DNA from: Macrostomum lignano
Lineage: Eukaryota
NCBI GenBank assembly: GCA_002269645.1
Contig: NIVC01003126.1
Location: forward strand, 26,235 to 90,234
Length of the DNA: 64,000 nt
Direction: 5' to 3'
Made by a program: the position numbers and the translations under genes. This document shows positions 23,888 to 33,235 of this stretch, piece by piece. Within the stretch, counting starts at the first letter, position 1; every line of letters starts with the position of its first letter. Below the pieces are notes generated by a model. That model did not search any database, was not told where the DNA came from, and saw only the letters and a list, made by a program, of their open reading frames with translations.

Positions 23888-26800
23888 TTAACGAGGTCGC
23901 AGATTGTAGCCGTGTTGCTGTTTCTCGGTTGATGTTTGTGTCTCCTCGTGTTTTGTTGCGATGTGGCGGTTCGCCGAACGCGTGCGATCAGCGTTGTCTA
24001 GTGACGGTAAAAACGTTGTCATGTCAGTGTTGATCTTCTTTAGTCGATGAATGTGCACGTAGAATTGGTGCTGATGAGGATCTTGCACATTGGCCAGGCG
24101 TGCCGTTGTCGGTGACGTTAGTTGGACCACTCGATATGGTCCTTTGTATTTCTGTGCGTGTTTGTGCGTTTGTTGCGGCGGATAGTGCAGGTAGACGATG
24201 TCGCCGGCTGTCAGAGTTGTCGATCTCGTGTCGGTGCCGGTGGTTAGAGCCACCTGATTGTCGATGTTGTGCTTGGCTACTTTCCATGCGAGGTGTAGTT
24301 GCGTGACGAACTTTTGAATGGACGTCGGGACTTCCACATATTGCGATGGTAGTAGTTGCTGTGCCAATAGGTTTGGTGGTTGGAAGTCTCGTCCAAACAT
24401 TAGAAAGAATGGCGTATTGTCCGTCGATCTATGAATAGCGCTGTTGTAGGCCATTGTTACGGATTGTAGGTAGATGATCCAGTCTTCCGGCTGTTGATGC
24501 GCGAAGTGCGTGATCATCTCATGCAGATTACGATGAAACCGTTCAACCATGTTTGCTTTCGGATTGTAGGTCGACGTGTAGATCTGCGTGATGTTGAGTA
24601 TCTTCACAACTTGCTGAAACAGTTGAGATACAAATTGTGATCCATTGTCCGACGTGAGATTCTTCGGTGAGCCGTACTTGCAAATAATGTCGTTGAAGAA
24701 ACACATTGCCACCGTTTGAGCTGTGATGTCCGGTATCGGTATAGCGATAGCAAACTTCGAGAAAATATCCAAGGCGGTTAGGATGTAGGTGTAGGCGATG
24801 CCCTGGAGACAGCTCGGTGGTAGTGGTCCGGTGATGTCGATGCTGAGACAGTCCATAGTTGTTGACTTCGGAATGGACTGTAGCTGTGGCTTCTGTCGTC
24901 GTCCCGTCTTTGATGCTGCGCATGAGTGGCAGTTGTTGCAATACTGCTTGATGTCGCCGTACATGCTTGGCCAAAAGTAGTATTGCTCCACTCTTGCAAT
25001 GGTTTTGGCTGCCGACAGGTGTCCAGCGAGTGGATTGTCGTGCAGTTCGTTGAGAATTGCCTGCCTAAACGAATATGGCATGTAGATTTTAGGTTTGTTG
25101 TCACTCATCCAGTAGAGTCGTGACTTGTTGATTGTTAAATGTTGTCGCTGCTTGCGCAGGAATTTTCGTTCCACGGGGCTGAGCTTGATGTCCTTGTCGT
25201 TGTTTTTAATTGCTTGGTAGAAGTAGTCGTTCTCGGTTTCATCCATCAACTCCTTGATGTTAGGAATTGGATGAATGGCGTTGACTTCGTAGGTTCTTGA
25301 CAGAGCGTCCGCAGCCTTGTTAGTAATTCCTGGTTTGTAGACGAGTTTGTAGTTGTAGTCCTGGATCTTGAGTGTCATCCTGATGAGTCGGTTGTTTGTT
25401 TGTCCTTTTGTAGTTACGACGTAGGTCAGCGGTGCGTGATCTGTGCGTACTATCGTCTGTAATGGAGATCCATAGATGTAGTAGTGAAACTGTCGTAGAG
25501 CGAACAGAACTCCTAGTAGTTCTCGTTCCGTAGCTGACCATTTTGTCTCATTCGGTTTAAGTGCTCGACTGACGTAGGCTATAGGTCGTTCCTTTTTGTC
25601 TTCAGTTTCCTGTAGTAGGACTGCTCCGAGTCCCGTTCCTGAGGCGTCTGTCTCGATGATGAAGGGTTTGTCGAAGTCCGGATGCTGTAGCAGTGCGTCT
25701 GATGTCAGCTGCCGTTTGATTTCGTCAAAACTTTCTTGTTGCTTTTGTGTCCAATTCTCTTGTTTCCACTTGTCGAACTTGAGCAGGTCGTACAGCGGTT
25801 TTGCTGTCTTCGCGAAGTTCGGTAAGAACTTTCGGAAGTATTGCGCTAGTCCAAGAAACGATTGGACCTTTGTTATGCTAGTTGGCGTAGGAAACTTTTT
25901 TACTTTCTCCACGTTGTCTGGGTCCGGTGAAATTCCTTTGGCTGTCACTTGGTGTCCTAGGTAACGTACGTTGTCTCGGAAGAATTTGCATTTCGTTGGT
26001 TGCAGCTTAAGACCTTGGCGTTGAATGAGCGCTAGTGCCTTCTCCGTAGCTTCATAGAGTCGTTGGAAGTCTTCTCCGTAGGCCAAGATGTCGTCGACAT
26101 AGTGCAACAGGTTCGTGCATCCTGCAAGCATGTATGCCGTTAGTCGGCTCATTGTTGCTGGGCTGTTGCTGAGTCCCATTGGCGATCGGTTGTACTCGTA
26201 GACTTGTCCATTGTAGGTCTTGAAAGCCGTGTACTGTCGTGATTCTTTCTCGATTTCAATTTGCCAAAATCCATGACGTAGGTCGAACACCGTGAACAAT
26301 TTTGCTGTGTTGAGCTTCGCTAGTAGCTCGGAGATCTTTGGTAGGCTTTGCTGATCCGTCGGTATATACTTGTTCAGCAGTCTGAAGTCGCATACCAGTC
26401 GTCTTTCGTTAGTCTCCTTCTTTTGTACCAGTAGGCACGGTGAGGAGTAGGCTGAAATTGCTTTGCTGATGATGCCGTGCTTTAGCATTTTATCGATAAT
26501 TTCGTCAAAGTGTTGTTGCAGATGCTTGGCAATCGGGTACGGCTTGCACTGAATTGGTTCCGTGTGTGGTAGAAGCTTGATTTCTTGTTTAATGTCTTTA
26601 GCGCGTCCGATGTCGTAATCATGATGGCAGAAGGCTTCGTTGTACTTCCACAACAGTTGTCGAACTTTCTTCTTTTGTTGTTCCGTGATCGGGCTGTCGT
26701 CCAAGTTGATTTTCTTTTGAAATTCTTCTTCTGTTAGTCGTGGAGTCGCGTGCTCAATCAGCATAACTGATGCTTGAGTATTAAGATGACCGATGCACAT

Positions 26801-29800
26801 TCCTTGTCGTAGATGAACCATTTCCGCGTTTGGGTTAAAGATTTGTACTGGCAGCTGCGTATCTTTTGCCACCAGCACTAGTGCCGTAGGCATCATGATT
26901 TGATGTTTTGCCGTGACTCTCCTGTGTGGATCAAATATCATTGCTTCATCTGCCGCGCTGGTCGTTTTCGCTCTGACCCAGCATGCGCTTTCAGGCTGGA
27001 TGATGACATCTTGCTGCAGAGTTACTTTTGGTAGTACTCGAATCTGGTTAATCAGTGGTTGCTCCACCGTGTCGATCCTAAACGTTTGCTTGTTGAAGTC
27101 GAAGGTCAATGGTAGTCGAAGCTGTTTGAACGTGTCTATTCCAACGATGACGTCTTGGTTTGGTAGTCTGTCGATGATGTACGTCGGGACCGTCAGCTGT
27201 TTATTTGCAATTTTCAAGTCGATATCTGCTTTTCCTAGGATGTTGAGTGAATGTCCTCCTGCTCCTGCAACTGCGATTGCTGCTGGTCGTACCGCGAGTC
27301 GTAGCTTGTTGCATAATTGTTGCGAGATGACTGTGATCGAGCTGCCTGAATCCAGTAGTGCTCGACATGGCAAGTTGTTGACAATGACCTGAGCCATTGC
27401 TTTGCCAATCTCGGCGTGTAGCGTGCAGACGTAGTTTTCCGGCCATTTTGGCTCGTGTTGTTCGGGCTGATAAATAGGTGGCTGCATTCTCGGTGCTGTT
27501 GGTGTTGTCGGAATCGATGGATACATTCGCGTTGATAGTGTTGGCTGTCCTTGAGTTTCACGCTGTGCGTCTTCTGTCAATTCCAAGTTTTTGTCTTCAT
27601 CCCTTGTCGTCTTTTGCATGATAGCGTTCACTGTTCGTTTCGCTGTAGGGCAAGTGTTGCTGAAGCATCGTACTATCGATGAGATGATAAAAATTGCTGT
27701 GACTATCCAAACAACGCAGGCGCTGTAGAAGATGAAGCCTTGATATAGGCTGCCTCTTCCGTTAAGCAGCTCCAAGAAGCTGTTTGTCCAAAACGATTGG
27801 ATGGCGTTGTCCATTGACACAAGGACCGGGAAATTGCGTGTTCCCGTTCCTTTATTCTTTCGTGTGAAGAGTTGACGAATCATTTTTCGTTGAGTGATAA
27901 ACGCTTGCAAGAAGTCGTTGATGGTCCATCCTGGTGTTATTTCATCGAGTTGGATATCGGCGAATGGTGTGTACTTCGTTCTGTTGAATCGTATCTTCAG
28001 ATCGTCCATATCGTACGTTTCATCGACAATCACCTCTGGTTCTGTGATGTTCGCTGTCGTTCCTGTCGTTTTAATGACATGTAGTGCATCGTCCAGTTGA
28101 TAGTAGTTTGCTGCAGTGGTGCAAGGTCTTGGTATTGCGGTGCCAACGATGATGTTGTGTACCGTGTCCAAGAATCCTTGGATCCTTTTGCCTTCGTAGA
28201 ATGCTTCAATTCTCGGCTTGTCGTAGCAAGTTGTTAAAGTGTTCGACGGTAAGATGTTGAAGTGCTGTATCGGCGTACACTTGTATATCAGGAGATGTCC
28301 ATATATCGGAATTGCCAGAACCTCTCTCATTCCAGTGATCTTGCGAAATGTCATCGTAGGGTTGACATAGTAGTTTTGTCTTGCGTAGTTCAAGTTGATT
28401 GCGTGCATCTTGCAAGTTAACTGAACCAGTGATCGATGTAGGTGATTTAGCTGGTTATGCAGATTGTGATCTAAAGCCGTGATCTTTGCTGACAGTAGTC
28501 GGTTCGACACCAATCGTGGACGTTCTATGTCGCGTCGTTGCCTTTCTTGTTGCTGATATGTTCCGTTTATGATTGCCAGGAAGGTTTGTTTGTCACTATC
28601 CTTTACATAGACTGGTATTTCTTGCTCCGAGATGAACAGCGTCTTGTCCGTATTCTTGCATTTGAGTTCTTGTTCGATCGGCGTCTTTTGAAACGTCAAG
28701 GCCAAGTCTCCTGCTTTTGCCAAAAACGTATTCGACAATAGTCCTCCTTCCACTGTGTGATACTTTTGAAGCTTGCAGTCAATTTCCGGTTCTACTTCCC
28801 ATGCGAAGAAATATTGTCGTGACTTGTACGGTTCCTCATAGTGTGAGTGTGCTCTGTGCTCAATCTGCCATCGATAGTTTTGATGATATGTTGGACTCAG
28901 TGGTAGACTGTGTAATTCTTCCTTTCGTAGAATTGGTGTTGGACACCATCCTTCACTGTATCGACATTCGCTTAGTTGCAGCTGTAACGATTCCATTTTC
29001 TCGTACGGATTGTAGTAGAATGGAATATTTCTGATCAAGTAGCTGTTACGTGCCATATATTCTTTCCATTTTCCGAAGAAGTGAATATATCGACCGTTGG
29101 CTGAATTCTTTGTTCTGAACAGCTGTGCGTTACCGACCTTCTCATCTGGTTCCAATTCACCATCCTTTGAAAATAGTGTTTGGTTCCATTGTAGGCATTC
29201 CGCGTGTGACACATGTAGCTCATGTTGTTTAAATCGGATCCGGTTCCATTGTCCGCGCCAAACTTTTTCCACCAGGTGCTTGTCTCTAAAGCACACTATT
29301 CCAAGTTGTCGATGCTTCTTGATGTTAGCCTTGTAGAGATCGAGTGTAATCTTCTTTGGCTTCGTCTGGTTTGTCTTGAAGTAGCTGCATTTGATGTCGG
29401 TTGGTATCTTGTAGATCATCGGTTGGATATGCGCATCCGTTGGACAGATCATTGGTTTTTCTGTTGCCGTTGCTTTGGCGACTACTGCTATCAGTAGTAT
29501 CACGATGATCCAGAGCAGCCAGTTTTTCCACTTCTTGGACCTTGCCGTTGTCTTTGCTGGCATTGGCTGCGATTGCCATTCGTTATCCTCCATGTCCGCA
29601 TCGTATTCTTTCGGTTGTTCCATTGGCTGTTTCAGGCGGAAGGCTTCTGATTTGCTTTGCTCTTTGGCTAGTTCAGTATCTTCGTCTGCAGCTTCTTCCG
29701 ATGTTTCCGTTGTTTCACTCCATTGCGTTTGGTATCTTTTCTCTGCCTTGTAGTCGACCGTTTGAATATAGGCTTCACCATTTCGTTTGTATCGGATCTC

Positions 29801-31375
29801 GTAGCATTCGTCGCTGTCGGAACTCGGCTTTTCTTTTATCTGTTCTTTTTCCATTTCTTCATCTTTCCATTGTATTTCGTAGCCTTGATCGCTGTCGGAG
29901 CTTAGATTTTCCGCTCTCAGTTCTTCCTGCATTCCTTCTTCGGCTCGGTATCCGTTCGTGTCATCATGCACCTCGCAGTCGTGATCGTTGCCGTAACTTA
30001 TACATTCTTCTTCTTCCCTCATTTCTTTGTCTTTCGTGCTTGTTTTGTTGTCATCCACTGTTGTCGATTCATAGTTGTTTTGTCTGCCAGTCTTCATCTT
30101 TTCTTCGTTGCCGGTGTCGCTCTCCGCCTCCTCCCTTTTCTGTTGATTTACTTTCTTCCTGTTTTCTCTGCTGTCTCCGGTGGTCTCTTTTAATTCGATC
30201 ATTTCGGTTTCATTCGCCTCTTCTGTGTTGTCAGTGTTGTCCTCGTGCGTCGTCTTCTTTTCGATCAAGCTGATGTCAACTTCCGGGACTGTGAAGTCCA
30301 TTTCCAAGTCGTCAATTGTGAACACTTGCTGTTCTTGCTGTTCATTTTCCGGTGTGTACGTGATGGCATTCGCGTATCGTGGCATTGCTTGCGTCGGCTG
30401 TCTTTGTGTGTACCTGGCGTTGCGTGGCCTGTAGCCATTATTTCTGAAGCGACCGTCGTTTCCGAAGCGGCCATTATTTCCAGAGCGGTCATTATTTCCG
30501 AAGCGTCTATCATTTCCGAAGCGTCTTATGCCTTGTTGTTGGCGATTTTGATATTGCTGCCATGGTTTCTGCGGCTTTTGATTGTTGAATATCTGTCGCG
30601 GCTTGTCGTACCTTGTTGACCAATGAGGACAATTAATCTGATAATGTCCTTCTTGTCCGCAGTAGTAACATCTGGCTGAGGCTTGTTCATTTCTTCTTTT
30701 TTGTTCGGCGATAGCAGCTGTCTGGTGCTGCATTAATTTGTTTAATTGCTGCGTCAGTTTCTGCACTTCATTGTTGCCTGTCGTCATTAATGGGGCACTG
30801 GCTTCCCATTGCATTCCGCACCGCAAAAGGTCTTCTTCGGTTTCGATGTTTTCACGCAAAAGTCTATCCCGAAGTGACGGCTGTGCGTTGTTTATTACGT
30901 GCAAGATTAGGTTTTGTTCGCGATCCATCAATCTCTGTCTCTCTCTGGCGGCCAATTCTGCCGCTCCCAGTGGCGGTTGATCTGCAGCTTGCAGCGGTGG
31001 CTGATGTAGTGCCTTAATTATCTGGCGGATATCGTCCACAAAGGCGAGGAAGGATTCTGTTGCCTGCATCCTTCTGTTATGTAATTTGTGCAGCAGCACT
31101 GATCTGTTTGTGCCGCAACGGTTGAAATGCGCGCGCAGTTGAATGATTAGTGCTGGATAATTTTGCTGTGTTGCCGCATCCAGCTTGCCGTAAATTTCTC
31201 GCGCAGTACCTTGGAGAAGAGGTGGCAGCAGCTGTGCCTTCTCTGGATTTTGTAGGTTGTACTCCCTACATACCAGGTCAAAATGGTCGACAAATGTGTT
31301 AAAATCTTTCTCCATCGAGAAAGTACCGACCGTTTCTTTGATGTCTCTGTGTACCGTTGGATTGCGCCGCGCCAT
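23888..31375 (-). CDS. Gag-glycoprotein(gB-like)-Pol polyprotein, 2495 aa
   Basis: Capsid-like N-terminus; CCHC knuckle CYYCGQEGHYQINC (30629-30670); signal WLLWIIVILLIAVVAKATA (29465-29521); Cys-rich ectodomain with RQRR (28532-28543); TM (27672-27739); protease LLDSGS (27341-27358); RT DFRLLN, FDLRHGFWQI, PMGL, YVDD; RNase H ETDASG, ERELL, RTDH; integrase HHCC, LD, SDNG, VERFH; GPY. Confidence 0.97.
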   Translation of the reverse strand: MARRNPTVHRDIKETVGTFSMEKDFNTFVDHFDLVCREYNLQNPEKAQLLPPLLQGTAREIYGKLDAATQQNYPALIIQLRAHFNRCGTNRSVLLHKLHNRRMQATESFLAFVDDIRQIIKALHQPPLQAADQPPLGAAELAARERQRLMDREQNLILHVINNAQPSLRDRLLRENIETEEDLLRCGMQWEASAPLMTTGNNEVQKLTQQLNKLMQHQTAAIAEQKRRNEQASARCYYCGQEGHYQINCPHWSTRYDKPRQIFNNQKPQKPWQQYQNRQQQGIRRFGNDRRFGNNDRSGNNGRFGNDGRFRNNGYRPRNARYTQRQPTQAMPRYANAITYTPENEQQEQQVFTIDDLEMDFTVPEVDISLIEKKTTHEDNTDNTEEANETEMIELKETTGDSRENRKKVNQQKREEAESDTGNEEKMKTGRQNNYESTTVDDNKTSTKDKEMREEEECISYGNDHDCEVHDDTNGYRAEEGMQEELRAENLSSDSDQGYEIQWKDEEMEKEQIKEKPSSDSDECYEIRYKRNGEAYIQTVDYKAEKRYQTQWSETTETSEEAADEDTELAKEQSKSEAFRLKQPMEQPKEYDADMEDNEWQSQPMPAKTTARSKKWKNWLLWIIVILLIAVVAKATATEKPMICPTDAHIQPMIYKIPTDIKCSYFKTNQTKPKKITLDLYKANIKKHRQLGIVCFRDKHLVEKVWRGQWNRIRFKQHELHVSHAECLQWNQTLFSKDGELEPDEKVGNAQLFRTKNSANGRYIHFFGKWKEYMARNSYLIRNIPFYYNPYEKMESLQLQLSECRYSEGWCPTPILRKEELHSLPLSPTYHQNYRWQIEHRAHSHYEEPYKSRQYFFAWEVEPEIDCKLQKYHTVEGGLLSNTFLAKAGDLALTFQKTPIEQELKCKNTDKTLFISEQEIPVYVKDSDKQTFLAIINGTYQQQERQRRDIERPRLVSNRLLSAKITALDHNLHNQLNHLHRSLVQLTCKMHAINLNYARQNYYVNPTMTFRKITGMREVLAIPIYGHLLIYKCTPIQHFNILPSNTLTTCYDKPRIEAFYEGKRIQGFLDTVHNIIVGTAIPRPCTTAANYYQLDDALHVIKTTGTTANITEPEVIVDETYDMDDLKIRFNRTKYTPFADIQLDEITPGWTINDFLQAFITQRKMIRQLFTRKNKGTGTRNFPVLVSMDNAIQSFWTNSFLELLNGRGSLYQGFIFYSACVVWIVTAIFIISSIVRCFSNTCPTAKRTVNAIMQKTTRDEDKNLELTEDAQRETQGQPTLSTRMYPSIPTTPTAPRMQPPIYQPEQHEPKWPENYVCTLHAEIGKAMAQVIVNNLPCRALLDSGSSITVISQQLCNKLRLAVRPAAIAVAGAGGHSLNILGKADIDLKIANKQLTVPTYIIDRLPNQDVIVGIDTFKQLRLPLTFDFNKQTFRIDTVEQPLINQIRVLPKVTLQQDVIIQPESACWVRAKTTSAADEAMIFDPHRRVTAKHQIMMPTALVLVAKDTQLPVQIFNPNAEMVHLRQGMCIGHLNTQASVMLIEHATPRLTEEEFQKKINLDDSPITEQQKKKVRQLLWKYNEAFCHHDYDIGRAKDIKQEIKLLPHTEPIQCKPYPIAKHLQQHFDEIIDKMLKHGIISKAISAYSSPCLLVQKKETNERRLVCDFRLLNKYIPTDQQSLPKISELLAKLNTAKLFTVFDLRHGFWQIEIEKESRQYTAFKTYNGQVYEYNRSPMGLSNSPATMSRLTAYMLAGCTNLLHYVDDILAYGEDFQRLYEATEKALALIQRQGLKLQPTKCKFFRDNVRYLGHQVTAKGISPDPDNVEKVKKFPTPTSITKVQSFLGLAQYFRKFLPNFAKTAKPLYDLLKFDKWKQENWTQKQQESFDEIKRQLTSDALLQHPDFDKPFIIETDASGTGLGAVLLQETEDKKERPIAYVSRALKPNETKWSATERELLGVLFALRQFHYYIYGSPLQTIVRTDHAPLTYVVTTKGQTNNRLIRMTLKIQDYNYKLVYKPGITNKAADALSRTYEVNAIHPIPNIKELMDETENDYFYQAIKNNDKDIKLSPVERKFLRKQRQHLTINKSRLYWMSDNKPKIYMPYSFRQAILNELHDNPLAGHLSAAKTIARVEQYYFWPSMYGDIKQYCNNCHSCAASKTGRRQKPQLQSIPKSTTMDCLSIDITGPLPPSCLQGIAYTYILTALDIFSKFAIAIPIPDITAQTVAMCFFNDIICKYGSPKNLTSDNGSQFVSQLFQQVVKILNITQIYTSTYNPKANMVERFHRNLHEMITHFAHQQPEDWIIYLQSVTMAYNSAIHRSTDNTPFFLMFGRDFQPPNLLAQQLLPSQYVEVPTSIQKFVTQLHLAWKVAKHNIDNQVALTTGTDTRSTTLTAGDIVYLHYPPQQTHKHAQKYKGPYRVVQLTSPTTARLANVQDPHQHQFYVHIHRLKKINTDMTTFLPSLDNADRTRSANRHIATKHEETQTSTEKQQHGYNLRPR

Positions 31376-32151
31376 GTTGTTGATAGGATAGAACGGTAGT
31401 TCAAGATCTGGATCGATTTGTAACGGATCGTCCAGTGTGGTGTTTGCCTCGGAATAAACCTCAACTGTAACGAATTGCCTTGTAGTGTCGATCTGTTATT
31501 CGCTGGCCTCGAAGTTGCGGCTTGCTGCCACTGGTTGTCCTCAAATGAACTTGTTCTGTTCGCTTGCCGTTTTCGCACTTATGCGGCGTCCCGCAAAGTG
31601 TATCCTGAAGTGGACTTTGTCTTCTTGCTTTGCAAAGACTTTTTTCTCTTCCCTGACTTTCTCTCTTTTGTCAATTAACTCCGCTCTCCACGAAGTGTCA
31701 ATTAATTTCGGTTTTGTTTTAGTTTTTGTGCCGGCAAAATGTTTCAGTTATTTTTTGTTTGTTTGCGTCGACGATTCTTTGATTTTCGGTTTGTTTTCAG
31801 TGTACCGACGAAGTTAATTTCGGTTTTGTTTTAGTGTGTATTGATTAATAATTTTTTTGTTTATTTTCAGTGTACCGGACGTTGTTTTTCGGTTTTGTTT
31901 TAGGTTTACGCTTGCTCGAGCTCGTTAAAAACTAAAATTTAACACGCGTGCTCAAACGTTACTCAAAATTGACAGGTACTCAAGCCTGTATACCTAAGCT
32001 TTTACTCGAGTTTCAAATCGTACAAAAATCGAAAAGTGTCGAAAAGTGTTACCTCTAACACGTGCGCGCAAAATTAATGAAGTCGCTCTTTCGTCACTTT
32101 ACAATAGCTTGGCCAGGCTATTGCTCAAAAGTTTGAGTAGTGCCGAGAGGG

Positions 32152-32162
32152 CGAGATCACCA
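32152..32162 (-). promoter_or_regulatory. Putative primer-binding site (TGGTGATCTCG)
   Basis: Starts with TGG, 2 nt inside the 5' LTR boundary. It could pair with a tRNA-Trp-type 3' end (CGGGGUCACCA) using two G-U pairs; the tRNA identity is an inference. Confidence 0.6.
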
Positions 32163-32164
32163 AT

Positions 32165-33235
32165 TGATGTGTTCCTTATTACCAGTCCTCAACTGTAATC
32201 AAGGAACAATCACTTCTAGCTCTGTAGCTAGGCAACCCAGTAATCAAATGAAGGTATTCAATTACCTTTAATCAGGATTCTTAGATTTCGTTCTTGAGTC
32301 GTTCTCAACTGTAGATCTCTCAGTAGATCTTGTAGACTTCTAGACGTCTTCAGGTGTCGATCGGGTCCGAGTTTCCTTCTTCTTTCCTTTAGAAGTATTT
32401 CCGGCCGGAATCTGTCGTTCGGACCAATGGGAAGCTTCCAAATTAACAATGGGGATCCCTGCGCCAAACTGCGGTTTAATATAAGCCTACTCCTTCTAGT
32501 AGTGCCTCTATGCACTCTAGGTATGGCTCCGGAAACCACTGATAGTCTTCTAAGATCTATCAGGGGCAGTCCTTCTGGAGACTGCAACCAGTAGAGTCTA
32601 AACAGACTCAGGAGTCTCAACAGACTCACTATAAACTCAAGTCACTCTTGGACTTGAGCGAGACGTCTCAACCAACAGGCGCAAATGAGTAAGGCTTACC
32701 GCAAGAACTCGACCACGTCTTCGAGTTGCTTCAGGAAGTCTGCTGCAGATCTTCCTCTTCGGAGCTTTCTCTCTCGGAGATTGTGGCTCCGGGTCCGTTC
32801 CGGACCACTTGTATTTATAGGCAAATGGACCCCCATGAGGTCACGTGGGTCCAACTCTTCAGCTGTCAAAAAGGTCACGGTTTGGCTGCTGTCAAACTTG
32901 GCAGGGTAGAAAGTTACTCCATTGGTTCAGTGTAAAAGCGCGTGATTGGTCATCGCATTCGAGTTATTTTTAGTTACATTTGATTGGTTCACGTGCGTAC
33001 GGTTGAATGATGCATCTCTCCTGGGGTTTGCGTTCGACACGTACAGGTTACACGTGATTGGGTGATTTCTAAATTTAGCATGCTCAAGGTCTCTCTTTTT
33101 CTATTGGTTAGTCAGCATATACTTATAATTCAAAGCATACCTTTATTCATGCTCTTCAACTTACTACTAAATAAAATGTGTGAGTAGTACGTTAACACTT
33201 TTATGTCTTTTTTACGAAAGGTAGAACACTCTACA
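32165..33235 (-). repeat. 5' LTR (1071 bp) with TATA box and CCAAT/E-box cluster
   Basis: On the minus strand: TATAAAT at 32813-32819, preceded by about 5 CCAAT and 3 CACGTG motifs. Confidence 0.95.

Larger units (their letters stand above)
22275..33235 (-). mobile_element. Full-length env-bearing Ty3/Gypsy LTR retrotransposon (10,961 bp)
   Basis: Two 1071-bp direct repeats with TG...CA ends; CTCT flanks both sides (4-bp TSD-compatible, though uninformative inside a CTCTC tract). A PBS-like site is present, and the intact polyprotein has the PR-RT-RH-IN order. Confidence 0.97.

Noticed and set aside
31147-31578. Upstream or overlapping ORF in the Gypsy leader
   Set aside because: Non-ATG start, overlaps gag out of frame, no motif.
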